Virus record (IMG/VR): IMGVR_UViG_3300025151_000019
Coordinates: 31,640-95,639 of that record
Length of the DNA: 64,000 bases
Origin: a virus
Direction: 5' to 3' (one strand)
In this document: positions 10,301 through 20,495 of the stretch, one piece after another
How positions within the stretch are numbered: the first letter of the stretch is position 1
How the letters are laid out: each line of letters starts with the position of its first letter
Program-made: the position numbers and the translations under genes
The notes under the pieces: generated by a model
Seen by the model: the letters and a program-made list of their open reading frames with translations, nothing else
Told to the model about the DNA's origin: nothing
The model's database searches: none

Positions 10301-13300
10301 AAAAACATCTTCTAATACATCAGACACAAGAATTAGTAATGGTAATGGTTTATACTTTGTAAATACGCAAGGGTTATCTAACGGAGGATTTTTACATTTA
10401 TTAGATAGTGAAACAAGTTCAGTAGGAGCAAGTATTACATTTAGAAGTCCTGGCTACAAGGATTTTTCATCGGGTGTAGATTCTATTGATTATAGACTTG
10501 AAGATAACTTTGGTGCTTTTATTTGGAGATATTCAGGTCTTCAAACAGCAGACTTATTTTGGGATTCAGAATATCTTGACAAAGTATGGGATATGAAAAA
10601 GGATGATATTTTTACTCCTACTAATAGAGTAGTAGATACTGGATGGTTTCAAAATTTAATGTATGGAGAAAAAAGTCCTGTGAAGGGTTATGCTATTGCA
10701 CAGAGAATTAACTATGACGGCGTTGGGGTTGATTTCGGAACAGAAACTAATTTTACTAATCATTATCAAAAGTTAGGTTCTCCTGAAAGTAGAGATGGTT
10801 TTTATCCTATTATTGGCTCAAGATTTTGGGACATAGATAAAATGTCAGATACATTAGCAAGTGTTCATTATGTTAAAACAAAGGCAGTTGTTCAAACCTT
10901 TGAAGATAGAAATAATAGTCTTAGAAGTTATTATCCTCAAATTTCAAGAAGAGGAGGAAAACCTGCTGCTGATTTTAGTAGTTGGTCTTTAACTAAATCA
11001 AGACAATCATTTGAATCTTTTGATAGAAATACTGAAAATTTTTATTTATTTTCTACTGGGGACATTTATCCAGATAGTTATAAAAGAACAAATAGTATCG
11101 GATATGCAAATAGAAATTTACAAAAATATTCAGTTGTTTTAAAATCACAAGGTTCGGATTCATTAACAACTACTAATCACGAAAATTATAAAGGTTCAAC
11201 ACCTTCTAATTTAGTTTCAGATGCTTCTTTTGAAATTTTACCTATACAATCTTCAAATGTAAATACTTCAGAATTAAGAAGATTTGGTTTAGTAAGACTA
11301 ATTGAAGCAACTTATGATTGGCATTTCAATGAAGTAGATTATGAAAATTTACCAACTGAAGTAAAAACAGAATTGAGCGAGTATTCAGTTGTTGCACCTG
11401 CTGGTAGTATTATTGAACATGAACCAGAATTGCAAGATTTAACTGCTGGTTCTGCTTATGGAGAACCTTCAGTTACTGGATTTGGTATTGAATTTATTTC
11501 TTCTTCTACTACTTATCCTGTTGATACTAACCCACCGTCAGGTGCTGAAGGCTATGCATTTTATCAAGTAGATAGAGCACCAAAAGCAGGTGCTTCTAAA
11601 AATATTTATAGCGGATATTTATACACGGACTTTATTAATTTTAATACAGGTTCAACTAATAAATTTGGAGAATATGATGTTGAAGAATTAGGTAGAGTCC
11701 TTGATAAAAACCCACATAATAATTCTGATGATGCGGCATGGGTTAGTCTTACAGGAGTTATTACTGCTTCAGATTTAGTAGGTAGGATTACTTCTGGTGG
11801 AACAGATGGAGGCAGAACAGGAAATACTTATAACAATGTTGGGGTAAGCAGTTCATCTGGTTCTAATTTAAAATTAACAGTAGTAGTTAATGGTAGTGGA
11901 ACAGTTACTGCAATTACTCCTTATGAATATGCAAGCGCACGAATTACAGGAGTTACTGTAAAACATAGAGGTTCAGGATATACGACAAGTAATACCTTAA
12001 CAATAGCAGGTAGTAGTATCGGTGGCGGTGCAGATGTAGTTATTACTTTAGATGCGGCAGATATTTCTACCGAGCATAGAATTTATGTTAGGGGAGATGT
12101 GGCTGGTCAAGACATTTATGAGACTAATATTGGTTCTACATCTACTCTTGGAAGAAGTTATACTGGATTTTTAAAATATAATGATATTGCTAATGTAAAG
12201 GCAGGTGACAGTCCAGCACTTAAAATTAATGATGGTTCATTTAAAAATGCATTATCTAATAGCGCAAGTGGGGATGGGCCGAGACTAATGAATTTAGGTT
12301 TTATTATTGGTGCAACTGGAGATAATAATCCAGGCAGTAACGGTGATTTAGCATACTTGGGTAAAGATGAATTATCGCCTACTACTGTTCATAATGCTGG
12401 TGTAAAACAAACTGGTTATGATTTAATTTTACCCATTTACTTTTCGGCAGGAGGAAGTAGGACAAATAAACATGATAAATTTTTAAAGGACATACCTTCT
12501 AATCATGGAAATGGTGGAAGGTTATCTACTAAATCATATGATAATAACTTTGAACTTTCAAGAGTTATAAATGAACTTGCTCAATGGGATGAAGATACTA
12601 TCATTAGTTATACTGCTAATGCTACTATAAATCCTCTTGGTATTGGTGCAAGTCAATTATATACTGATACAATTGGTATTATTAAAAATTTAAAAATGGA
12701 TAATCATACTAAAATAGAATATACTGAGGGTCGTAATCGTTATCAAGTTGAATTATCTAATTATGATGGTGCTACTATTCCTAACTTACACATTTCTTAT
12801 CTTGAAGGTGATGGAGCAAATAAATACTTTAGTATCAAATATGCTTTTGATTTTACAAACGCTACATCTTGGAAGAATGAAACAAAAGGACATACAGGTA
12901 GCGGTATGCCTTCAACTGTGGGTAGTTTAGGTTTATTTGATGCTAATAGACATGGGTTTGCCTCAAATACCGATAACATGGTGGGTGCTGAATTTTACTT
13001 TAAAATGGTATTAAATACAGGTGCTTCAAATATTACTGTATTTGATACAGACAGTATTACTCAGACTACTAATATTCCATCTTCTACAAGTTTAAAAAGT
13101 AATACACAAATTCAAGGTAGAGCAATTATTAGAATTACTACCCCTGATTTAACTAATCATGCAAACAACGGTAAAAATGCTGCAACTCCAACAAATAACG
13201 GTCCCTTTAATAAAAACAATTTGTGGATTAATTTTGTAAATGATTTAACAGGATATTATTTAGCCTCAGAACCGACAGATAGAAAAGTTAATAATACAAC

Positions 13301-14864
13301 TCCATCTAATATTCATCAAATTATTAACCATACTATTAATACTACGGGTGCAACAGTTACTCATTATTTAGAAATAGATAATGTTACTTATAGCGGAACG
13401 GCACAGTTATCTACATATTATAGACTAATGAGAATTGCTAAAGATTGCACTTTCCAATTTACTCCGAACAATATAGAACTTTTAAATTTAAATAAAAAAT
13501 ATACTAAGAACCCTAATAAAAGAGAATGTTATACAGTAGTAGGTAAGCATAACAATTCTCCTATTAATGGTGGTATTGAAGCAGAAGATGATGTTACTAA
13601 TGAAGCAGTTTTATCCATGTATGCATTATTAGATGTAGATGGAACTGGAGATGTAAATAAAAGACAATATGTTTTAAGAAGAACATTAGGTTCTATGATT
13701 ACTACTGATGGTAGTGATGGAACAATTACAGCAGAAACATCTAAAAATATGCTAATTACTGACGGTATTAATGATGAACGATTATCTGTATCTTTTAATA
13801 TTCTTAATAACAAGCGTTTTATTAACCTATCTGAAATGTATAACATGAAAGGTGTGGTATCTTTTGGTGAAATTTTTGATGTTTCTTTATTTAATTCTCC
13901 TGTAAGTCTATCTGCTAAAAGATGCAATATTGCTTCAGCAGTAGATGTAGTAGAAGAAGTAGATGAAATTGTAAATGAAATTCTTGAAGAAAATGATGTG
14001 CAGTTTGAAACAAACTATGACACCACAAGTGACATGTATTTTATCGGACCTAATTTTTCAGGCGCAAACGGCTTCCATGCAATTAACAATTTGTTAGGTT
14101 TAAAAAATAAACGATTGTTAGTAAATGGAGAAAGGATAGAAGGAAGAGATTTACTTTCTGATAACCTATATACCAATCTTACATTTTCTGAAAACGATGA
14201 AAGTGAGGGTGTTGTTAATCTTAGAATTGATACATCATCATATGACTTCTACAATGAAGTTATTGTGTATGGAGATAATGCAAGGGGAGTAGCAAGGAAT
14301 AACAGGTCAATTCGTGACTTAGGAAGAAAGATTACTTTAGAAATTACAGACCTTAGCCTACAAACTTCTAAGGCGGCTCAAGACAAAGCGAACAAAGAAT
14401 TAGAGGTTGTTGAAATCCTTTCAAGTCAAGTGTCCTTCAATGTGTCTAAGTCCCGAATCCCTTACCTTAGAGCAGGGCAGGTTATCACATTGGACTATCC
14501 CTCACTTGATGTTCAAACGGGCTTCTATCAAGTCCTTGAGATTGAGGACAACTTTGGACAACTTCCCCGCATTACGGTGGGTAAATACACGCAAAGTCTC
14601 GCAAGTCGCTTTGCTGACCTGTCTCTTAAGACGAGAGAGATTCAGGGAGTCCAAAGAGGCAATCGTTTCCAAGAAGGAAACACGATTGTTCAAGAAGCAA
14701 TTATTCCAGAAATCAAACCTTTGAACTTGAAGGTTATTAAAACAGGAACAGCAGGGTCGCTATTAGGATTTACAAATACCTTAGGCTTTAGTTCGGAATT
14801 AGGATTTGAAACATCAAGTTCATTAACAGAAGAAGTAATTCTTAACGAAGATTTAACGGAGTGA
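7317..14864 (+). CDS. Giant baseplate hub / central tail-tip protein (2515 aa)
   Basis: Hub-like segments (VFDGYIESI..ISGRDY; YNEVIVYG..SIRDLG..LRAGQVITL) flank long S/T/N/G-rich inserts; tail module context. Confidence 0.7.
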   Translation: MGRAVTNVNISQIIALNKGVPLLSPIAWPYISPNYTELIYNDSSTIKSAFTNVSLNPRIITVGSTEILTAGVKSINCYEIHNAPTATVNSDSVFEISNIDAFNADGEVDTILNRLYPYDTNIESYLTVSASSSGNRINLEGQGALSNLISSGSLDTTYDYFVLIHADDAKNHHLAKITELHTYETFGDGFDFAPAFVGDIPKDTKISIYKGPAASDTHIVAVGYGLLGDADDSDGRHDTYVEVSRPTFYFYEDRCDKDKLSANTKYRIIKNMAYEISSTLKLDFGLKYTASQSDVGATPGISAHGTTVHFLTTSDYGGYIIDKTGYSQYGELVDSLAEADRTISVLADSSYSNAISNRTPVSNWTTNTYNKTTAIQLGKWSDSFINSMRDTHNTSTGVSSNTYDSPVKRIVTYENSDLKNYHLPHIQYIDLFDSVASIGNFMEMKFPDANKILNFKLKNFDNVLVKKEINSEDYSGAMNVQLPGVVSSSTTGWSLTFTQLNVGQDFRDIWGSSLVTTENTNKLRVGDFIFAGDFTSAPTIGVNGYEQIFAITHYRNIRTDYTWTATSSNWSLDAIEDGNAFVYPFMNKEGVIVAGFDIDTEYDGANIKRNGNTVSGVDNFIANTEVLVRDKELTGFTFDLNYGDKNLNYVKPKTTTYDGYQIRTRIRGTASRNTVPNIPELYSYINGDILHLDKVFDGYIESIKSNIQGGIVSYDISGRDYTNRLLDSVVNKNFTHTKDYIFTTVSPEADMNTQSGTVYIQDFDMGSTTIVVSSNSTSTTPTLEFGVGDVIYCTLKAQTKLLGIVSATAIKTGGSGGFTLGTYWNGSAHVAFTSNAKAIEITLTEPTLYSSYNKDYGAVNLKYSKKATSLGKALSANTSDSIFPTTLTGCSNKGIIYRSGEKISITTGAYDSDLVEASANESKFSIGYPISNISGSKSNTNFADYRFSISSDKAETNITQNDTISSSTEFAVVGRQVSENESILSLAPIFPVVLAKTSSNTSDTRISNGNGLYFVNTQGLSNGGFLHLLDSETSSVGASITFRSPGYKDFSSGVDSIDYRLEDNFGAFIWRYSGLQTADLFWDSEYLDKVWDMKKDDIFTPTNRVVDTGWFQNLMYGEKSPVKGYAIAQRINYDGVGVDFGTETNFTNHYQKLGSPESRDGFYPIIGSRFWDIDKMSDTLASVHYVKTKAVVQTFEDRNNSLRSYYPQISRRGGKPAADFSSWSLTKSRQSFESFDRNTENFYLFSTGDIYPDSYKRTNSIGYANRNLQKYSVVLKSQGSDSLTTTNHENYKGSTPSNLVSDASFEILPIQSSNVNTSELRRFGLVRLIEATYDWHFNEVDYENLPTEVKTELSEYSVVAPAGSIIEHEPELQDLTAGSAYGEPSVTGFGIEFISSSTTYPVDTNPPSGAEGYAFYQVDRAPKAGASKNIYSGYLYTDFINFNTGSTNKFGEYDVEELGRVLDKNPHNNSDDAAWVSLTGVITASDLVGRITSGGTDGGRTGNTYNNVGVSSSSGSNLKLTVVVNGSGTVTAITPYEYASARITGVTVKHRGSGYTTSNTLTIAGSSIGGGADVVITLDAADISTEHRIYVRGDVAGQDIYETNIGSTSTLGRSYTGFLKYNDIANVKAGDSPALKINDGSFKNALSNSASGDGPRLMNLGFIIGATGDNNPGSNGDLAYLGKDELSPTTVHNAGVKQTGYDLILPIYFSAGGSRTNKHDKFLKDIPSNHGNGGRLSTKSYDNNFELSRVINELAQWDEDTIISYTANATINPLGIGASQLYTDTIGIIKNLKMDNHTKIEYTEGRNRYQVELSNYDGATIPNLHISYLEGDGANKYFSIKYAFDFTNATSWKNETKGHTGSGMPSTVGSLGLFDANRHGFASNTDNMVGAEFYFKMVLNTGASNITVFDTDSITQTTNIPSSTSLKSNTQIQGRAIIRITTPDLTNHANNGKNAATPTNNGPFNKNNLWINFVNDLTGYYLASEPTDRKVNNTTPSNIHQIINHTINTTGATVTHYLEIDNVTYSGTAQLSTYYRLMRIAKDCTFQFTPNNIELLNLNKKYTKNPNKRECYTVVGKHNNSPINGGIEAEDDVTNEAVLSMYALLDVDGTGDVNKRQYVLRRTLGSMITTDGSDGTITAETSKNMLITDGINDERLSVSFNILNNKRFINLSEMYNMKGVVSFGEIFDVSLFNSPVSLSAKRCNIASAVDVVEEVDEIVNEILEENDVQFETNYDTTSDMYFIGPNFSGANGFHAINNLLGLKNKRLLVNGERIEGRDLLSDNLYTNLTFSENDESEGVVNLRIDTSSYDFYNEVIVYGDNARGVARNNRSIRDLGRKITLEITDLSLQTSKAAQDKANKELEVVEILSSQVSFNVSKSRIPYLRAGQVITLDYPSLDVQTGFYQVLEIEDNFGQLPRITVGKYTQSLASRFADLSLKTREIQGVQRGNRFQEGNTIVQEAIIPEIKPLNLKVIKTGTAGSLLGFTNTLGFSSELGFETSSSLTEEVILNEDLTE

Positions 14865-14868
14865 TAAA

Positions 14869-15204
14869 ATGATAACAGAAACAGGAAAAGCAAAAATTAG
14901 AGATTTAGTCTCTACAACATATACGACGATGAAGATTGGTAATGGCGGAGATTCAACAAACCCGTTAGCAACAGACTTGGATTTACCCGTAGCGTCAGCA
15001 ACATTAAGTGCAGTAACTACTACGCAAAGTGGATTAGATTTTAAGGCCACCTTTACAGGCTCAGATATTTCAGGGCAAACTATTAAGGAGGTCGGGGTAT
15101 TTGATGGAAGTGGGAATATGTTTGCAAGGGTGGCTATTAGAGGGGTCGGCCCATTTACATCAAGTGATTCGGTAGAATTTATTTTATCAGTAGAGGTGGT
15201 ATGA
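14869..15204 (+). CDS. Tail-collar / fibre attachment protein
   Basis: MITETGKAKI..IGNGG..IKEVGVFD..GNMFAR resembles a tail-collar fibre N-terminal domain. Confidence 0.6.
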   Translation: MITETGKAKIRDLVSTTYTTMKIGNGGDSTNPLATDLDLPVASATLSAVTTTQSGLDFKATFTGSDISGQTIKEVGVFDGSGNMFARVAIRGVGPFTSSDSVEFILSVEVV

Positions 15205-16394
15205 TGGTATCAAACGAAGGAATTATTACAACATTTGGAACAACAGGAACATTAGGAAATTTAGACGACACAGTAGATAAAATGCATAGTGGACTAATTA
15301 AGACATTATGGAATACTGCAACAGGTTCAAGAGTAGTTAGTAGTGGAACATTAACACAATCAAGTGGTGTTTTCACATTAGCAACTCCTGTTATTTATCG
15401 TTCTCAAGGAACTAAGATTACTTTAGGAACTACTGCTTCTCATGGACAAGCCACAGTTACTGCTAATTCTACATCTAATGATAGATATGATTTATTGTAT
15501 ATTGACCAAAGCGGTAATAGTGGAACAGGACAACTTAGTATTGCTGTTGGAACATTTAATGTTAATAGTCCAAAGGTTGCAGATTTAGCAAAGGAGGATG
15601 TTCCTATTGCTATAATTAAAGTGGCGGCTGGTGCGGCTGCATCTGCTACGCATAGTTTCCAACTTCTAATGTCTACTTTTAATAAAGATGTATTAGATGA
15701 TGATGAAGTTACTTACGCTAAAATTCAAAATGTATCAGCAACAAATCGCATTCTTGGAAGAGATTCTTCTGGTGCAGGTGTTATTGAGGAAATTACCCCT
15801 GCTAATTTAAGGACTATGATTAATGTAGAAGACGGAGCAGATGTTACTGATGCTACAAATGTAAATGCCGCAGGTGCAATTATGCATTCGGATATTCCTG
15901 ATAGCGATACGGGATTTGTTAAAAGAACTGGTTCAGAAACTTATGATATTGATACCAGCACATATTTAACTACTGAATCAGATACATTAACCACAGTTAC
16001 TGGAAGAGGCAATACAACTACAAATAGCATATCAGTAGGGACTATTACTTCAACTGCTAATGAAAATATTTCTTTAGAATTGGTTGGGGCGGCTGGTCTC
16101 GCTGCTATTTCTGGAACAAAAACAGTTATTTATACACATACACTTACAGGAAATACTACAGTATTACCACCAACTCCCTCAGGAACTATACTTTATGTTA
16201 AAAATATTGACCCTGCCGCACCGATAACCCTCACTATTGTTGGACTTGTAATTGATAATGGTGTTCATCCAGGGCATCCTAAACTTACAGCAGCAAATGT
16301 TATTACATTAGCACCTCAAGAACATGTGACTTTACAATCTGTTGTTGATACTGGTGGAGTAATAAATGCAGGATATATGATTATTAGTGATTGA
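15201..16394 (+). CDS. Tail fibre / receptor-binding protein
   Basis: T/G-rich; contains the fibre-type module VTYAKIQNVSATNRILGR..NVEDGADVTD; last large gene of the tail module. Confidence 0.6.
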   Translation: MMVSNEGIITTFGTTGTLGNLDDTVDKMHSGLIKTLWNTATGSRVVSSGTLTQSSGVFTLATPVIYRSQGTKITLGTTASHGQATVTANSTSNDRYDLLYIDQSGNSGTGQLSIAVGTFNVNSPKVADLAKEDVPIAIIKVAAGAAASATHSFQLLMSTFNKDVLDDDEVTYAKIQNVSATNRILGRDSSGAGVIEEITPANLRTMINVEDGADVTDATNVNAAGAIMHSDIPDSDTGFVKRTGSETYDIDTSTYLTTESDTLTTVTGRGNTTTNSISVGTITSTANENISLELVGAAGLAAISGTKTVIYTHTLTGNTTVLPPTPSGTILYVKNIDPAAPITLTIVGLVIDNGVHPGHPKLTAANVITLAPQEHVTLQSVVDTGGVINAGYMIISD

Positions 16395-16578
16395 TATGCA
16401 CGAGGTTTGTTTGGAAGACTTCTGTGTTTCAGTATATGTATTAGGATTACTAATTATATTAGAATTAGCAATCTATACGGCAATAGGTTTAGGTGTATAC
16501 AAATTATACCATAAGATAAAATCCAAATTAGAATATAAAGTGCCTCTAAATAAAAAACGCAAAAAATCAAAAAATTGA
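16387..16578 (+). CDS. Small membrane protein (possible holin/lysis factor)
   Basis: One hydrophobic segment followed by a basic C-terminus; at the end of the structural operon. Confidence 0.35.
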   Translation: MIDMHEVCLEDFCVSVYVLGLLIILELAIYTAIGLGVYKLYHKIKSKLEYKVPLNKKRKKSKN

Positions 16579-16647
16579 AAAATAGGCGTGAAAAAAGGGA
16601 GCAGGGACAAAAATCCCCACTCCCAGTTTTCTTTATTTTATGGGTCT
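16579..16647. terminator. Convergent terminator region between structural (+) and replication (-) blocks
   Basis: Imperfect hairpin GGGAG-CAGGGA..TCCCCA-CTCCC flanked by A-rich (left) and T-rich (right) runs between convergent stops. Confidence 0.5.
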
Positions 16648-17253
16648 TTACCACTCAACATTAAGTTCTTCAAACTTATTTTCTACTTCATCAAAGTATT
16701 TTACAATACCATTTTCCTTACCATGCATCCACAAATCATAAGTTAATTGTGAATCCTTTAAACAATAGTCTGCAACACTTGAATACAAACCTTCATTCCA
16801 TTTAAATACGGAATCAATACTACTCATATTTTTCTGGTCAGAAATTGTATTCTTAACCAGATTATCCAAATGAATTCTTTTACCGTGGTTTTTTAATAGA
16901 TACGCTGAGGTATCAATACAACGAGATTCTTTATCCTCAAGATATTTTCTAACGATATAAATATCCATAGCGTCCCTAAGGACAGGCAAATCAAAAGCAT
17001 TAATGTTATGCCCTAATAGAATTCCACCCTTTTGGAAGTGTTCATCTAAATCAAATTTTAATTGTCTAAGAGGTTTAATTTCTACACTTTCTTCCTTTTT
17101 CAAGTCGCCAATTTCCTCATCAATATAAATTACACCTTTATTCCCATCCCATGTAGTTACACAGGCAACTTTGAATAGATGGGTATTATCCCACCCACCA
17201 ATATCATAACTCAAGTTTTTAGTTTCAATATCAAACGATAATACATTACTCAT
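16648..17253 (-). CDS. DEDDy 3'-5' exonuclease (DnaQ/RNase H-like)
   Basis: SFDIET, GHNINAFDL and YCLKD motifs. Confidence 0.8.
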   Translation of the reverse strand: MSNVLSFDIETKNLSYDIGGWDNTHLFKVACVTTWDGNKGVIYIDEEIGDLKKEESVEIKPLRQLKFDLDEHFQKGGILLGHNINAFDLPVLRDAMDIYIVRKYLEDKESRCIDTSAYLLKNHGKRIHLDNLVKNTISDQKNMSSIDSVFKWNEGLYSSVADYCLKDSQLTYDLWMHGKENGIVKYFDEVENKFEELNVEW

Positions 17254-18784
17254 CTTCTTTCACCTTTAATTTTACATATGTTTTTGTTTTTCTAACCTCT
17301 TCAAATAGATGCTTTACACTTTCCCAATGGCGATAAAATTTATTCCTTCCACATTGTTCATTCTTTCTGAATGCTTCAATCATTAAACGCTTATCAACCC
17401 AACCCGCACTACCATCAATGGTCGTCTTTGGTTGTGTAGTATTGTAGGCGTTAATAAACATTTTCTCGTTATTCTTGTCAGCCATACGCTTGGGTCGCTT
17501 TTTCAGTTTCTCTTCAAACCATTTTGTGATAGAGTCAAAAGATTGGTCGGTCAATCTCCTACCTTGATTAATGTGGCGGGCAGTAATTTTATGACTTCTT
17601 TCACTAATAGCACAAAGGGCGGCGGCAATACAAATGTTGTTAATCATGTTCATAAAGAAAGTATTAATAGCAACATAAATATTATCGTCAAAGGTATTCA
17701 TGTATTTTTTCATAGCAGACCAAACAATCTTGATTGCACCTTTGGCTTCGGGGGTCATTATCAGAACCCTTCTCTTATCGCCATCAACCTTTTCTAATCG
17801 CTCTTGAACCCACTTGTATGAAGAGTAAAGCATTTCAGCAAACTCTTCTTGGTATGGTGCCGCCCCTCCATCATCTTCAACAATTTCTCCAATCATGTCC
17901 AAATAATCTTCTTCCATCTGTCTCCTCAAAGACTCAGGGATTTCACGAACATAAAGCCACATACGCTGAAAAACACCCTTTGTTAAGATAACTCTTTCCA
18001 ATCCTTCGGGCGGTAGCGTCGTAGCCCAAAGAGAGCGTTGCGAATCAACAATCAAATCTCTCCCAAAGTTAGTCAAACGCTTCTTGATTAGATGTGATTT
18101 AGAATCAAGACGGTTCATAAACTTCTGAAACAGCATGACTGTTTCTTGTTTGTGTTGCGACTCCTTGAAAATACCAGAATGCTCAAACTCATCAAAAGCA
18201 ATAATACCAGAACCATACAAACTCCCATAAATTGTTTTATCAATTGTTTCGGGAATATCATAATCCTCACCATCTGCTTCTGCGGCTCTTTTATCAGCCC
18301 TACTAAAATCAGGATTAGGGGCATCAATTTGCATTGTCCCTAACAATCCTTGGTCGGTAAAACTGTCTGGGTTTTCAAGAGTAAAATGCTTTACACCTGT
18401 AAGTGGCGTTTGGTCTTGTGTTGTAGGCCAAGCATTAATCAAATCAAAGGTCTTAGACCAGACAGGCTCAAGGAAATCAAACATGGTTGTTTTACCACTT
18501 CTTGATGTTTGAATCCAACAAAAATGAATCCTTGGTTCAAGTGCAAGTCTCCCAACAGGAATTCTAACTACATCCTTTAGAATCTGCCCTAAAGTTACAA
18601 AGTATGACATTTGTGCTGGATATTCATTGTGGAGAGAAAACTCTCCCACTACATCTGTCCATTTATTTACACTCTTAGGCAACTCTACTTTCTTTGAACG
18701 AATTGTTTCAAGTCCACTTTCCGTGTCAGTAATTTTAGCCAAAGCATCATACATTTCCCATTCATCTACATTTAAATCTTCCAT
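17246..18784 (-). CDS. Divergent MCM-like AAA+ helicase
   Basis: Walker A SRSGKTT, Walker B IIAFDEFE, putative Arg finger FQRM, sensor-2-like ITARH; next to the primase. Confidence 0.6.
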   Translation of the reverse strand: MEDLNVDEWEMYDALAKITDTESGLETIRSKKVELPKSVNKWTDVVGEFSLHNEYPAQMSYFVTLGQILKDVVRIPVGRLALEPRIHFCWIQTSRSGKTTMFDFLEPVWSKTFDLINAWPTTQDQTPLTGVKHFTLENPDSFTDQGLLGTMQIDAPNPDFSRADKRAAEADGEDYDIPETIDKTIYGSLYGSGIIAFDEFEHSGIFKESQHKQETVMLFQKFMNRLDSKSHLIKKRLTNFGRDLIVDSQRSLWATTLPPEGLERVILTKGVFQRMWLYVREIPESLRRQMEEDYLDMIGEIVEDDGGAAPYQEEFAEMLYSSYKWVQERLEKVDGDKRRVLIMTPEAKGAIKIVWSAMKKYMNTFDDNIYVAINTFFMNMINNICIAAALCAISERSHKITARHINQGRRLTDQSFDSITKWFEEKLKKRPKRMADKNNEKMFINAYNTTQPKTTIDGSAGWVDKRLMIEAFRKNEQCGRNKFYRHWESVKHLFEEVRKTKTYVKLKVKEDE

Positions 18785-19479
18785 TAATATTTCACCTCTT
18801 CTTCTGTATTCAACGCCTTTAGAATATTGTATGCGGTTTTATTCCCAATACCTTTTAATTTGGTTATGTCTGGAATATTAGCCATTGATAATTCTGCAAT
18901 ACTTCCAAAGGTCTTTAGTAAGGCTTTTGCTTTTTCAACTGAAACGCCTTTGATTTCAGTCAATATGTCTACTCTAACATCATCTGTTTTTATTTTCTTC
19001 GGTAATTCTTTGTGTATAACTAATTCTTTGTCTATATGTTGTGTGGTTGCTACTATAATATGTGATGCTGTCTTGTAATTATCTACCCAGATTGGTTTAA
19101 CATCGGTGTGTAATGCAATAGAGGTTATTGCCCCTACAAACATTTTCTTAAGTTTGACTCTCCAAGCGGGTGAATTGTGTTGTGTTCTTTGTAAATATGA
19201 AATTGCGTCGTCTAATGTTCCGTAAATTAAAATAATGTTTTTATTATAGGCCCTGTCCATATTATCTAATTGATTAAAAATTCTTTTGTTTCTTATTGAT
19301 TGCAAAAAGTCTGCGGCTGATTTTGCCTCAATGCAACAATCTCCAATTACATAATCTCCTATCTCTAACCATTTCTTTTCTGTTTCAATCTTTTTTCTTT
19401 CGGCAATAGTTTCTACTGCTCTACTTAACTGTGAATCTTCTCTACTGTCAATAATAATCATTCTCCATACCTCCAACAT
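18784..19479 (-). CDS. ERCC4/XPF (Hef-type) structure-specific endonuclease with HhH repeats
   Basis: IIIDSRE, GDY, IEAKS..DF and C-terminal HhH motifs IKGVS / LKGIG. Confidence 0.9.
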   Translation of the reverse strand: MLEVWRMIIIDSREDSQLSRAVETIAERKKIETEKKWLEIGDYVIGDCCIEAKSAADFLQSIRNKRIFNQLDNMDRAYNKNIILIYGTLDDAISYLQRTQHNSPAWRVKLKKMFVGAITSIALHTDVKPIWVDNYKTASHIIVATTQHIDKELVIHKELPKKIKTDDVRVDILTEIKGVSVEKAKALLKTFGSIAELSMANIPDITKLKGIGNKTAYNILKALNTEEEVKY

Positions 19480-20495
19480 TTACCTACACAAAGACCTTCT
19501 TCAATCAATGTTTCACAATGAGGAGACATGTATCTTTTATCTACAATGAACGATACTTGTTCCTGCGTGGTATACTGATTGTAATCAATCCAAATGTCTT
19601 CATTAGAAGCAATCAATTTAATCTCATTACAGATAATTGCTTTTATGTCAATTAAGGAATCGCCAGATAATTGCCTCGGAGTGCATTTAAGTTCATTTTT
19701 CATGATTGCATATTCTGATAAAAACTCGTTATACCATTGAACAAGTAAAACTCTCGCACGATGATTAGGGTTTTCAACCATTATAGCATTTTTAAGACAC
19801 GGTAAAATAGGTAAATCACCAGGACTTTCAACACTATGAATTTCAACTTCCATGTTTTCCATCTTTTTAACAGACGGCCAAGACACTAAACGGTGTCCGA
19901 AAACCGTAGGCTTTTCTTTAACAGGTCCATTTTTAGATAATTTTAGGATGTTTGCTATTCCAGAAGAAATTGTTTTATCCGTAAGCGGAATACACCAACG
20001 ACCAGCACCCAGATGATATGTATTTTGAACCCTTCTTAAACGACCAGTATTAATAACAACAGTATCAAGGTAGGGACTTTTATCAATAACATCATGACAT
20101 ATGTTAAAAAATGCTTTGATTTCACGAAGCGACCTTGCTTGAATACCATAAACAAACATATGAAAACCACGACCTGAAAAGGAAACCGTGTGTTTGTATT
20201 TCTTTTCTAAAAGCCAACGGTGCAAAACGAGCATATGTTCATATAGGTCGCCCAATTCTTCTTCATTTCCATGAGCATCAAAATCAAGAAAGATTCTATC
20301 AAGAATAATTGAGTATTCAAGACCACGATTATTTGAGAAATGTTCATAATCATAAACAGAAGTAAAGACATTCATCTTACCATTATAGATTGAAATAAAA
20401 TCCTTATACTCTTTTAGATTTTTTACAACAATTCGGGAAGGTTCTCTTGCTCTATTACGCAAACTGCCTGCCCACATTTCTCTCGGAAAATACAT
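19458..20495 (-). CDS. Archaeo-eukaryotic primase: PriS catalytic domain fused to the PriL Fe-S C-terminal domain
   Basis: FLDFD, SFSGRGFH and RLRRVQNT motifs; then LPC..NHRAR..YMSPHC..GLCVGKC with four Cys. Confidence 0.8.
   Translation of the reverse strand: MYFPREMWAGSLRNRAREPSRIVVKNLKEYKDFISIYNGKMNVFTSVYDYEHFSNNRGLEYSIILDRIFLDFDAHGNEEELGDLYEHMLVLHRWLLEKKYKHTVSFSGRGFHMFVYGIQARSLREIKAFFNICHDVIDKSPYLDTVVINTGRLRRVQNTYHLGAGRWCIPLTDKTISSGIANILKLSKNGPVKEKPTVFGHRLVSWPSVKKMENMEVEIHSVESPGDLPILPCLKNAIMVENPNHRARVLLVQWYNEFLSEYAIMKNELKCTPRQLSGDSLIDIKAIICNEIKLIASNEDIWIDYNQYTTQEQVSFIVDKRYMSPHCETLIEEGLCVGKCWRYGE

Noticed and set aside
762-14893. Many short antisense or alternate-frame ORFs inside tail genes, and similarly inside replication genes
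   Set aside because: They are fully nested in long, well-supported CDSs and have no motifs or RBS; shadow ORFs.
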